Origin: Eledone cirrhosa
Lineage: Eukaryota
Assembly: GCA_964016885.1 (NCBI GenBank)
Contig: OZ024740.1
Location: 132,370,001-132,434,000 of the forward strand
DNA length: 64,000 nucleotides
Direction of reading: 5' to 3'
Shown: piece by piece, positions 51,681-64,000 of the stretch
Layout of the letters: every line of letters starts with the position of its first letter
How positions within the stretch are numbered: the first letter of the stretch is position 1
Program-made: the position numbers and the translations under genes
Notes under the pieces: generated by a model
Databases searched by the model: none
The model's input: the letters and a program-made list of their open reading frames with translations, nothing else
What the model was told of the DNA's origin: nothing

Positions 51681-54600
51681 GTGGTTAGCCTATTTCGTAT
51701 ATTTTGCGCTATATGTGACTCTTCTCCAACCAAAAAAACATTTGAAAAGAATCATGATGAACGATAACAATTCGTCCTCTGAATAGAAACTTCGTCTGTC
51801 CACAAAATGGAATAGAATCAATCGCATCATCAACATAATTTATAAGGAAAGTTAAAAGAAACAGTTTATAATATGTTCCTCTTACATGGGAAGAACACTC
51901 AAAATATGAATTGCTGCGATCCTGCCAGAATTACGCATCTGAAGGATTCTAGCATTCTTCAACCCTCCTAGGAACTTTCTACTCTCTACAGAAGACAGCG
52001 GGAAACTATTGCCGCTAAAACCAGGGTTCAACAAAATATCAACAAGTGGCCAAAAACAAACAACAAAGGCAGCTGGAAGAACACCAGTCGGTGTAGCTAC
52101 ATCGGCAGCAGAACTAAAGACCAGTGATGCATCATCAACACCTGAAATGACAGTAAATTCAACAACAAAATCAAACCCTGCAGCAGAAACAACAGGAAAT
52201 CAAATAAAACCACACAGAGCAATAACAGGACCACCACCACCACCAAAAGCAACGACAACAAGAATAACAACAACAGAAATAATCATAAAACCCAGTGAGA
52301 GGGACTCCCAACATACCTCTACATCTTCTTTTCCAAATATACGCAGACAAACGTATAAGTCAAAAGACTCAGACACAGAGACTTCCTCACTCCGCAGCGA
52401 GGAAGAGAGGGAAACCTAAAGCCCACGAAACAAGAAATTGAAACATAAATAAAAAAGCGGGCGTATGTAAGATATTCTAGCAATGTCTCACCCCTTAATT
52501 TTTAGCGGGGTGCTGAAACGATACCATGCTAGGATTGTGTGGGACGTATCAACGAAATTTCCCGAATGTGCCAGTGTAAACCTGGACAAACCCCATAGTG
52601 TCATCCAATATTATATAGATAGCCTTTTCGCTAGGTCAGCCAATAAGGACAGTATCGCGTGTCCACATTTCCAAATGGTAGCCTATACAGATCACAAATT
52701 GTCGATCTGCATGGTCTCCTTAGGTAGAGCATGTGGGCTATCACCTGCTTATTTGAAGCTTAACACTTCATTCTCGGCACGCGAAGTCTACAGGGACCTT
52801 GTCACCACATTTGTTAAGTGTATTTAGCAAGAAGGGCGGCGATTATGAAGGAGGCAGCGAAAGAAAATCAGTCCGATTGTATACAATTGCAGAAAGGCAG
52901 CTTCGTAACAAATACACGATTCGGTTTTTAACGGCGCGAGATGAACGCGAGCTGAAGGATTCCAGGCATATGTTTGCCGCCTTTCGCCAGTACTTGCTCG
53001 ACACTTGTTGGTGGGGTCGGCGATAGTAGCAAATATAAGTTCCTACCTCAACGTTCTCCTGCGACGCTTGCCTATCGATGCTTAGTATTGTGAAATGCCG
53101 ATAACATAAGTCGAGATTCGGGATGCCTGGCAGAAGAATGTGAGTATTACCAATTCTGCGATCCCGGCCGCAGTAACGCTAACGAGAAATTATGAGAAAA
53201 AGATGGATACTTTATATATTTACAGGCGCAAATACTTTCTAGACACATTGTTTAACAATTTTGCTTAGGTATTAGCAAAGCAGATGGTGTTTGTAAACGA
53301 GCTTCGTGCAGGGGAGGTGCAAATTTCTACATTTCCGACCAGGTTCATATACCGCAACCTTCACTTCATGCGATATCTCGATGGAGAGGGTTGGGAGTAA
53401 ACTTTTCTTCGATAGGGATATGATCAATTTAGCTCAATCAAAACATTTCTTGTGAAAGGGACAATTTCCAGTGGGGATGCTGTCCATCTGCTGCCATAAT
53501 GGTCATCCAGATTGTACCTAAATAATGTATTCAGCAGGAGAGTATTTATTGCTAACATAGATTATACACAATTAAGGTTTTACACGAACCTAATCTACTT
53601 AGTATCCTGGCGTGCCATCTGTAATGTTTTCTCAATAGGAACCCGGCGTAGCTTGTAAATAAATTTTAATTATTGTTATTCATCATCATTATCATCATCA
53701 GCACCGTCATCATCATAATCATCACCATAATTAACATTTCTATCGACTTCGACATCGTATTCATCATCGCCATAGTCACATTTATGTCGATCAGTATCAC
53801 CAATGTCACCATGAACAGAGGAAACAGTAGCAGTACCCACCTCATTGTTACCCACTTCCAATCTCTTTTCATCGTCTTTACAATATAATTCAACAGAATT
53901 GACACTATTAATATTACCCCGACCATCATTCCATACACGACAACTTTTAGCTCGAAACATCATTTTTATTATCCTTGCTGTTTGGTTTACCATTTCGAAT
54001 GAGACACGCATTTTGTGTAATAGATGTTTATGCCGCTATGAATTTGTCGATAAATAGATAGAAGAATATCATATACGACAGAGCAGGGACTGTTTGATTT
54101 TTGGCTCCAGCAAAGTAATAACTTCCAGCTGATTACTCTGAAACCATTGCATCAAAAGAAAGGCCGTAATTCAACGTAAAAGGTATTTTGCTTTATTTAT
54201 GATATTCTCTTTTTACTTTATTTGTTGGATATTTTCCGGATATTGTTTCATCATTGATAATATCTCTATTGTTGATATTAACTAAATTCTGGTTTACGAG
54301 ATTTAAAATAACACGCGAATTTATCACTTCATGACAACAATTTTCTAGTTAAATCATTTACAATTCTCTTTAAATTGTCTCTGAATTTTTTGTTTTTTTA
54401 GATGTTTTAACCAAACATACATTGGATGAGGCAAGAGGCTTGCTAAATATTCTTAATAGACGAAACATCACTTCACGGGAACATAAGTTCTACATTAACA
54501 GATTACATAGTATTTATATTTTTCACTCTTTACTAGTGTATTACATTACTTACCGATACTCTGAAAGACACTCGACAACCCGTAAAAGGGTGTTAGAAAA

Positions 54601-55110
54601 ATATCTCACTAAAAGGGGCTGAGGAAGTATGTCAGGTTTAGTATATAGTAAAACTGATGTAAAAAAATAATGAACTTATACGATTGGAATTAACCATGTT
54701 CCATTGATTCAGACGCAGCACATAACCAACTGTATTTTTTTTCTTTTGTCTAGTGAGAAGGAAAGACAAATTTACAATGGACATGATTTTGTCAGGAGAT
54801 ACATATCAACGAAACTTTTTCTACTTTCTGCCATACTTTCGTCAATCCAAGTTTTTGTCAATCTAATATAATAAAGCAAAATTGTTTGTGCAACTTTTTG
54901 CATGGGAAATCATATGACAAATGCGAATCGTCTGAAACCGACCTTCCAAAAAATGAGGCTTATTTGATGTTTTCTTGATAATTTCTTCATTTTCTTGTGT
55001 CCTTAAATAGTCTTTATATAAACATCAGTTATCGAATTATTACAGCAATAAAATAGATAAATCCACATCAAAATATGACATTTTTGTCATATTAAAGTAA
55101 ATATAATTGA

Positions 55111-55292
55111 TTCTACTTTTGGCACAAGGCCAGCAAATACCCAGTGCATTACTGGTACTTTATGTTATCGACCCCGTAAGGATGAAAGGCAAAGTTAACC
55201 TCGGGTGTATTTGAACTCAGAATGGCAAGGGCCGTAACTCTATGCGTCAAAGCATGGGTCCGATCCTCTAGTGATACTGCCAACCCAACGCC
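55111..55292 (-). mobile_element. tRNA-headed SINE
   Basis: Family consensus, reverse strand. Confidence 0.85.
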
Positions 55293-56970
55293 CTTTTATT
55301 AAAGTAATTATAATGTCCACTGATTGTGTCTCCACCTATTCTGATTGTACCTTGTTAGTTTTAACAGCGTTATAGCTGTTAATTAAATGAATTCATCTTT
55401 TGACAGCAATCTTAAATGCATGCTAAAACTAGCCAATCACATATTTTATATCAAAGTCATTGATAACTTTGTAATCTAGCAAACTTACTACCAAGTGGTA
55501 GGTAGGTGTAGTCAATTCCAATCTAATTTGTTGCGTTTAAAATGTTAAACATACTACTTTTATGTATATGTGATATGACATATTGGTGTATGAGTTATCC
55601 ACATATACTACTAATCAAGCAGATCAAATGACTACCTCGTCTATTAAGTGCACACAGGCTGGCACCATTTAAAGTGCACTTTGCTTTCTTATTCGTCGGA
55701 ACCTTTTTGAAGAAGTATATGCAGATATTCCTAAGAAGTACAATTGCATATAGGGCACTTGCTCGCTCGCGAAGAGAGTTTGTATAAATTCATAAGTATG
55801 TGGAAGATTAAATTGCGTCTATGTATCTTTCTGCTGAATGGTTACGCATTAATTCCTGATAACAATATAAATTCTCATATATACTGTTCTAGTTGAAATT
55901 TTATAAAATATTATGTATCTGTTTTGGTTTTCGTCTAAAGACATTCGTCGTTACAAATATATATATACATATATACATTTTATACTTGTTGTTATTGTTC
56001 AGGTTGGCAAAAACTGACAAGTATAATACGTTTGCATATGAAAGTATAATAGCGTATTGCATATATTAATAACGAATAATCATTCAACTTGAAATGAATA
56101 TAGCCTTATTCACATTTACATTTGGAAACAGGAACTTAAAACGAAACACTTGTATGTATTGGTCAAAATCGATGTCCAAACATATAAAGGGTTTCTGTTA
56201 ACGTTAATGTTAGATCGTTTACCTATAATCCCGATTTTGAACCTTGCAAGTAATAAAGCTGTAATAAAATAATAAATGTTGTATAATTACATGCTAGTGT
56301 ATTTGTATTTACTTTGGCATTTACAAACGTGTATATGATTGTCTGTCTGCTTGTGAATGGCACTGCTAATGTCAAAATAAACATAAATATAAATAAAATA
56401 TGAATATTATATTTTAATAACATACTATATATATAGTAACATTCCATATTTGTTACCATATTTTATTTGTTTTGTTTGTTTTTAATATATTATGATGGTG
56501 CTGTGATGAAATGCACTTAGTAACCGCATTCTTTTCCCCGTAATATTCTATATCCATAGGTACACCAGATGTTTCCAAGTTTTGTGAAAGCAAAACGAAA
56601 AACCTAAGTTCGTAACCAAACATAAAGATAGAGTACGAAAAGATTTCTAGACAAACAGTTGGAAATATATTTTCTGACTAAATATTTCTTCCTTCGAAGA
56701 GATGGTTTTCTTTTTTGGAATTAAATTATGTTTTATTGTATTGTATTTGTAGCTTCTTCTCTCTCTTTTTTTTTTTTTTGTTTTTCAATTTGTTTTTCAT
56801 TATAGTGGAGAGTTTGTTTTGATGAAGAGAATTTTACATTTCATTTTAACTTCAGATATTATTGATTGATTATAATTCAATGGATAAACACATACAAGTG
56901 AATTTACAAACAAGAGAAATAAATACCTATAATAATAAAAACAATGATAATAGTAATAATAATAATAAAA

Positions 56971-57452
56971 ATGTTTCTACTTTGGGCAAAAGGCCAACAA
57001 TTACCCCAGTGCATTACTGGTAATTTATTTTATCACAGCACCATCATAATAATAACAAGAACAACAGCAGAAACGATAACAACAATAATAATAATTTCTA
57101 GTATAGGCAAAAGGCCAGTAATTTGGTTGTGGGTAAAGTCGATTAAATTTACTGGTACTTATTTTAACGACCCCGTAAGGATGATAGGCAAAGGTAACCT
57201 CGGCGGAATTTCAACTCAGACCGTAAAGGACCATAACTCTATGCTGATACTGCCAATACACCGCCCATAATAATAAAAATAATTGTTTCTACTTGTGGCA
57301 CAGGCCAGCAATTATCCCAGTGTATTACTGGTGCTTTATTTTATCGACCCAATAGGGACGAAAGGCAAAGTTAACCTCGGCGGGATTTGAAATGAGACTA
57401 TATACTGCAAAGTATAGCGTCCCTCCCTCTACTGATACTGCCAATCCACCGC
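56971..57452 (-). mobile_element. Cluster of partial and full SINE copies
   Basis: Fragments at 56971-57035, 57095-57266 and 57282-57452. Confidence 0.8.
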
Positions 57453-57454
57453 TC

Positions 57455-57485
<31 letters not shown>

Positions 57486-57499
57486 TGGATAAAAATCTT

Positions 57500-57597
57500 G
57501 GATAACCAAAAGCCTAGAGATCTTCAAAGTGGCAGATAACATCAGACAGTTGTTGAGCAAAAGTATTAAGTCCTGGGAAACAGAGTTAACATCACCA
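57500..57597 (+). pseudogene. Short R4/Dong-like RT fragment
   Basis: KSLEIFKVADNIRQLLSKSIKSWETELTS resembles the segment after RT motif 3; follows an (AAT)n run. Confidence 0.45.
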
Positions 57598-58991
57598 TTA
57601 TATCTTCTGTTGTTGTTTTTGGTGGTGGTGTTATGTTAGTCGCTAGTTTCGTTTTTTGTTTGCCTTTTTTTAGCTGTGGATTAAGCGTTGGCCGTCGTGG
57701 ATATTTTTTCATTTTGTTTTCTCAGGTAGTTGTGGACAGAAGTTGCAAACATTGTTGGGACGCCACAATTTTGACAGTGGTGTTATTCCTCTTCGATCGA
57801 TGCTGCTAGACGAGTAGGACAGGTCGCCTATCTTAAGGTTAGAGAGAAGGGTGCTTGGCAGATAAACTTGGATGAGAAGCTCCATTTTCGTTGAGGATTA
57901 CCTTTCTATTTTTATCTTCCGGATTTCGAGGATGTATGCCAGCAATGACGGCCGCTATTATTTAATAGAAGGCACTTGTCACTACCTCACTGTGCCCAAT
58001 CTTTTGCCACAATTTGATAGTATTAGGAATAATTCATCGCTCCTTTATATAGTGAGTGTTTTAGATTTTTCTCTCATAAATGTTATATCCCACTTCAACC
58101 GCAGCATATTTCTTCCCTCTGTAATTTCTGCTCGTATACACAACCGAGACGCTCCTAAATGCTGAGTTCGGAGGCGTGTTAGTGACTATGTGGCTTGGGA
58201 CTTATTGTTCTGTATGGAATTTTGAGGAGACGTATCCTCTTGATTACATTTTGTGGATCTAGAGAATGAATCTGTGACCGTTCATTTTAACTTTCCCAGA
58301 TTATCATTGTAAGATATATATATATTTTGTATTTTACGCAGCGGCTGCACATGACTTGCTGGATGGTTGGTTTGCTAATTGGTTGACTTATGAAACGGGT
58401 TGCAATTTGACTATGGGTCTGGCAGGTTTGTGGACACATTTATTTAACTGGCTGGCTAGCTGGCTGGCTGGCTCGATGGATGGAACGTTGCTATTCAATT
58501 GTTTGGTTTGCTGGCTGGTTGGCTGGCTGGCTCGCTGATTGGCTACCTAATGTAGTGCCTTGTTGTATTGCGTGCTGCTGCTGTTGTTGTTGGCGGTAGT
58601 AGTGTTTGTGATTGGTGTTGTTGGTGTTTACTTTAGAATATTTTATATTCTGGATAATATCTGAGGCATCGTCGAATATACGTTTCAGGATTGTTTTCAC
58701 ACAGCTTGTAGATGTTCTCTTCTTATATAAATTATATAGATTATGACAATGAATGATTTAAATATGAGAACACAACAAACTTCGTCAATCAATAACACTA
58801 ATAATTATTTTTATTTCTACTTTAGACACAAGGACAGCAATTTGAATGGTAAGGAAAGTTGATTTAATCGACCCCCAATACGGACGGAGCACTTAAATAA
58901 AACAGCATTATTTGGAACATCTCAGGAGGGTACTTGAAAAATGAGGTTCACCTTTAGTGAACAGCTAACACAACAATACATCTCCAACGTT

Positions 58992-59103
58992 AGAAGAAGA
59001 AGAAGAAGAAGAAGAAGAAGAAGAAGAAGAAGAAGAAGAAGAAGAAGAAGAAGAAGAAGAAGAAGAAGAAGAAGAAGAAGAAGAAGAAGAAGAAGAAGAA
59101 GAA
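58992..59103. repeat. (GAA)n microsatellite
   Basis: Directly visible. Confidence 0.97.
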
Positions 59104-60687
59104 ATTAACTTCTTTGTATTATTTTTAATTAACGTTTCTGAACAAAATTAGTGCTTTGAAAATCATCATACGTGCTATATTGTTGATTTAAAACTGATTT
59201 CCTCTATGATATAGTACCATGCTCTGTGTGTGTGCCTTAGAGATTGTACTGTCCTTTTGAGATGACCTCATATGTATACATATCGCAAATGGGATTTCGA
59301 TATCCTTGCTATACCGGAAGTGCTTTGCAAAATATGTCAACTTGCTTCAACCGGAAATGTAAACTGGGATGTAACTTTAGCGTGGCAGACGTTTAGCACA
59401 GTCTTACGCCGACCTTGTTTACATATGAAATTGTAATTACATCACATGGGTTTCTAAGTCGAATGTTCCCACTAAAGGTCGAGCATAATTTCCTGATTGG
59501 TAACTTCAATGCTTTCACAAGAAGACATTCGTTGACTGATATTCAGAATGACATGCTATATTAGAAGTGAATTTAATTCACCTTGTGTAATTAATAACAT
59601 GCAACGATCAAATGTTTATGTAGTTGAATTGTTAATAATATTATCATTATTTTTATCATCATTATTCCATACTTTGAACTTCAGCCTCTGTTACTGTTTG
59701 TGTAGAAAGGCTTAGATGCGTATGAAGTACACTAAAAGGGAAACTATTTTAAAGAGAATTTCCTGAATTATACTATAGTTTATTTAGAACTAAATGAATT
59801 CAAGTTAATTACATAAGATAAAATTTATAAATCTACGTTGGGAGCTTCCGATTAGGTAACATATACTGTATATATATATATAATGTTCTTAAATGATGAA
59901 TCCAATGCGCGTTAGATTAACCAACATTTAATGAACCCGCATGCTTATTAATGTAATTATCAATAACTAATGAGGTGCCAATGGTCGAGAAAAGAAGAAG
60001 CAAGAGAACCTACTTAGTGCATATTTTTTACTAAACGTGTTTCATCATTCAATAATAGTAAGTTGCCTTTTACAGTGATCGAAGGCATCGATTCAAAAAC
60101 TTTTATTATATCCTGATGAGCATGTTCAATTAAATACATATTGCTGATTTAGGGACAACATCTACATTTTGTGAGAACGGGGAAAGTCGATGATATATTA
60201 ACAAGTACTTTATGTTATTGATGACAGAAGGATGAAATGTAAAGTATAACTTGGCCTTATTCCGTAACTAAATGCAGGAAAGACATTTGTCATACGCTCT
60301 AATGAGTCTGCCACACTACCACCAATGAATTCTAATGGCCAGCAATTTGTATGGTGAAAAAGTCTTTTAAATTACGTTACTGGAACTATACTATGCTGAC
60401 CCAAGAAAGGGGAGATATTAGTGAGTTTCCTTCTCTGAGGGCAAACACTGATTACTTTGCTTCAAGTAATTGTAACATATTCCGATGTTAATGCCTGAAA
60501 ATCAATAGGCTTACGGGAGTGATCTGCTATGTTTATAACCAAACGAATAAAGTAAAAAATATAATAATAATGGTTATTGGATTAGCCCCACGGGGTTTAT
60601 ATTTAGAGGAGAAATAAAAACGGTATATAACAGTACTGAGTCGCGTTATTGTATGATAGAAAGGTTTGAAACAAAGACTAAACAATA

Positions 60688-60791
60688 ATTGTTTCTACTT
60701 TAGGCACAAGGCCAGCAATTACCCAGTGCATTACTGGTACTTTATTTTATCGACCCTGTAAGGATGAAAGGCAAAGTCAACCTCGGCGGGA
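60688..60791 (-). mobile_element. 5'-truncated SINE with apparent TSD
   Basis: 3' half of the family consensus flanked by GACTAAACAATAAT on both sides. Confidence 0.8.
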
Positions 60792-60927
60792 CTAAACAAT
60801 AATGAACATTTAAAATATCTAAACACAACGCCTTCTCCAAACAATTCATATATTTTGTGCTTTCTTTTATCGTGGAGAAAAGCTTTTTTCTGTTTCATTT
60901 TGTTTTACTGACTTTGCTATCTGATTA

Positions 60928-62653
60928 CACCATGTAACAAACAAATTTGTCTACTCTGTTCCTGGCTTGTAATCACTTTTGTTTGTGTTGCTTAGGTCCC
61001 AAATAAAAAAGAAAGTGCTATTAAACAGTTAAAAGTTGGGGTTTGTAAAAATTCTAAGCTATTCACTAGAATTATTTGTATGTTGGATTTTACGTTGTAT
61101 GTCATTTTATTGCTTATGTTACATGAATTTTTCATATATGTTTCAGGTTAAATTAAAATTATAAAATAAAGAGTAATACCTAAAGAAAATTATAAAAGTG
61201 CAATAAAGTATAAATTGTTAAAATGTGGATTAAAGAGATTTATTGATACTGGATTTTAGCACCCTGAATAAAGGGTAAGTTCTGTTTTAAGCATTCGTCT
61301 CCAGGATGAAGCAGTGGAACTTGGTCAAGGAGGAAGTGCAGGTGACAAGTCAGAGAAGTCGACACGAACCTTTCTCAGGCGTTTTTCACTCTTAGAGATT
61401 GCCTCTGGTTCTGCCATCACGTGCCTGGACTGTTATACGTTATGGAGGTGCCGTTTGTGTCCAAGGAGTGGCGGCTAATTAGAGACAGTTCCACCACAAG
61501 TTTGAAGGCTGTGCTCTTCCACAATGGAAACAAGTTCCCGACACTGCCCCTAGCTCATTCAGTCTGCCTGATGGAAGATTATTACAGTGTCAAAATCCTC
61601 TTGGAAACTCTGCAATACAACCAGTACAATTGGGAAATCATTGGAGACTTCAAGATGGGGGCTTTCCTGCTTGGACTCCAAGGAGGCTTTATCAAATTCC
61701 AATGCTTCCTCTGCCTTTGGGACAGCAGAGCCACCTCTGACGACTACAAAAGAAAGAACTGGGAGCAGCGAACAGAATTTGTAGTTGGGACCCGTAACGT
61801 CATGTGGTTGATCCAAGGACTGTGCTCATGCCGCCACTGCACATTAAGATGGGGTTGATGAAGCAGTTTGTGAAGGCTCTCAACCAAGAATCATCCGCTT
61901 TAAAGTACCTTCTTGAGTTCTTCCCCAAGTTATCTGAGGCCAAAATTAAAGGTGGAATTTTTGTTGGACCTCAGATAAAGAAGGTGTTTCAGTCTACGGT
62001 GTTCTCCAATAAGCTCAATAGGATTGAGAGAACAGCATGGAACTGTTTCAAGGCAGTTGTTAAGGGCTACCTGGGCAACTACAGAGCTGAACACTGCCAG
62101 CAACTGGTGCAGGATCTGATAAAGGCTTTTGGAACCATGGGATCCAGGATGTCGCTTAAACTCCATATGCTGGATGCTCACCTGGAAAAGTTCAAGGACA
62201 ATATGGGCGCCTACTCAGAAGAACAAGGCGAACGATTCCACCGAGATGTGAAAGAGATAGAGTGGAGGTACCAGGGCCACTATAATGAAAAAATGATGGG
62301 AGAATATATCTGGGGGCTAGTGCGGGAATGCGACCTGGACTACAATCGCATATCCAGGAAATCCAGTCATTTCTGACGTGTATGAGTTGCTTTATAAGTG
62401 TTATTTGTTTTTACTTGTTTGCTTTTGATAAGCTTGTGTAATAAAATAAATATATACTCTGTTCATTTAATTATATGAACTGATAAATTTAAAAAAAAGT
62501 GTTTTCTTCTTTAAAAATATGAAAATTTTGAAATATCAAACTCTTGACCACAAACCTAAACTTCTGATTAATAGTGTTTTTTTATAATAATGGGATATAA
62601 CAAACCAGGAAATGACACTTAGAACCGGGTAACAAAACATATGTTACACGGTG
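60928..62653 (+). mobile_element. Chapaev3-like (CMC) DNA transposon, deletion derivative
   Basis: TIRs CACCATGTAACA / TGTTACACGGTG; TTA on both flanks (3-bp TWA TSD typical of Chapaev3); transposase remnant inside. Confidence 0.85.
61300..62376 (+). pseudogene. Chapaev3-type transposase, C-terminal part, frameshifted near 61805
   Basis: WRLIRDSSTTSLKAVLFHNGN, IIGDFKM, CFLCLWDSR, PPLHIKMGLMKQFVKAL, GIFVGPQI, MSLKLHMLDAH, SEEQGERFH, RYQG. Confidence 0.85.
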
Positions 62654-63229
62654 TTATTTATTGCTTCCAGATATTGGTGCAGTTCACTTGTTTCATCCTA
62701 CAGGACAGCTGCAATTGAGCTAGAGCCCTGAATCCCTCATAACTGCGCAGGTAGTGTCTATTGCCTCTCGATTTAGGGTGATTCATACCGTAACATACGA
62801 GGGGTTTATATGCCATAGTAATAATTATTTTGATATTGTCTCCTCTCCAGTTAATGATGTAAAGTAATCCTGAACAAGAGGCAATTCAAAGAAATGTATT
62901 GCAGATATTCGATTCTTTGAAATGATCCCGTGTACTTAAAATAAGTCGCAATCCTCTTTTTCATTATTTTCTAACTCTTTCTTTTATTTGGATTTCAGTT
63001 ACCCCCTACCTCCTGTGAGGCTAACATAGTTGCGTTTGTTCAGATTCTCCTATATTTGCTTTTATGTTCAGGTTTATGTTAGAACCTGCAGTTAATTAGC
63101 CTTTCTTCAGATCAATTTCACATACTTTACCAAGGCCGATATCCATGCATATATAATCGTTAAAATGTTTTACTGTCTTCAGCAGATTTTCAAATCTGTT
63201 ATTATATTTAGCAAATAGCTTGAAACTAT

Positions 63230-63920
63230 CCATTTAGAAAAAAAATATCTGAAAAGGCTTTCTTTAATTTTGAAGTCTTAATAATGTACCCGTCCGATAT
63301 GGGCAGAAGGATAGTAAAAATCTGCATTCCTGTGATTCCGCCAGGACCGAATCTATGGTGAGTATTTGGTTGCATCGTCGATGAGAGTATAAAAAAAGTC
63401 TAGAGAGGACTGGTCCAGGATGGATCTGGAGCAGAAGCTCTGAGGCAATCTCTTGGTTCCAAGAACTGCTTGATACATTTAATACCCGTTTTCTGCAACT
63501 GGATATAGAAGATTGCTACGCTTCCATCTCAGAGCCTCTACTGAAGGATGCATTTGCTTTTGCCAGGAAATTTAACACCATGACTGACGCTGAGAAGGAC
63601 TTGATCCGCCACGCCTGTAAGTCCTCATTATACCACAAAGGTTCTTCCGGAATTAATAAGAAGTCTGAGACTCCATTTGCCGTCGGTAAGGGAGCAAGTG
63701 ACTCAACAGAAGCCTCTTTCTTCAATTCCACCTGAAGAATTATTTCACAGGCCTGACTGGAAGATTATACCGCGGCGATTGTTTTCTTCCTTTGCATAAG
63801 GTAAATCCCTGATGGATTTCGGAGAAACTGATGGTCCTTCTTCCACAATCTAGGTTTTAGAATAAACAGTGACACAAATATGACAAGGGCCAATTTTGAG
63901 ATATCAGTTTAGACGAACCG
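63230..63920 (+). pseudogene. Degraded PLE RT remnant related to the 40110-41460 element
   Basis: FLQLDIEDCYASISEPLL, FAVGKGASDSTEA, HLKNYFTGLTGRLYRGD, LHKVNP, NMTRANF. Confidence 0.75.
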
Positions 63921-64000
63921 CTATTGAACACAAAAAGATGAAATTCCATCTCTCATTATTCTCTATTTTTTAAAAAATCGCATATTGAAAAAAGAGAAAA

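Noticed and set aside
53666-54011. Asp-rich and Ile-rich ORFs
   Set aside because: Derived from degenerate (CAT)n repeats; no domain or splice evidence.

Overview
AT-rich, repeat-dominated animal genomic DNA. The abundant tRNA-headed SINE resembles octopus SINE families, so an octopod cephalopod is my inference. I see no supportable host protein-coding exon; most listed ORFs are translations of (TA)n/(CA)n microsatellites or antisense shadows. Content: at least four Penelope-like elements (PLEs, RT plus C-terminal GIY-YIG), including a young 4.25-kb palindromic copy with both arm ORFs open, and several degraded PLE remnants; an internally deleted Helitron with both termini; a probable non-autonomous Helitron; a degraded RTE-like LINE; R4/Dong-like LINE fragments; a Chapaev3-like DNA transposon with TIRs and TTA TSD; a mariner relic; about 13 SINE copies. 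The main hidden signal is RNA structure: about 20 type I hammerhead ribozyme (HHR) motifs from 8-10 unrelated sequence families. These include a ~420-bp tandem array with one HHR per unit and a compensatory stem I change (retrozyme-like), two families with the U3-A8 compensatory core, HHRs with enlarged stem II, and an HHR closed by a ~55-bp hairpin. All structures were paired by eye; activity is untested.
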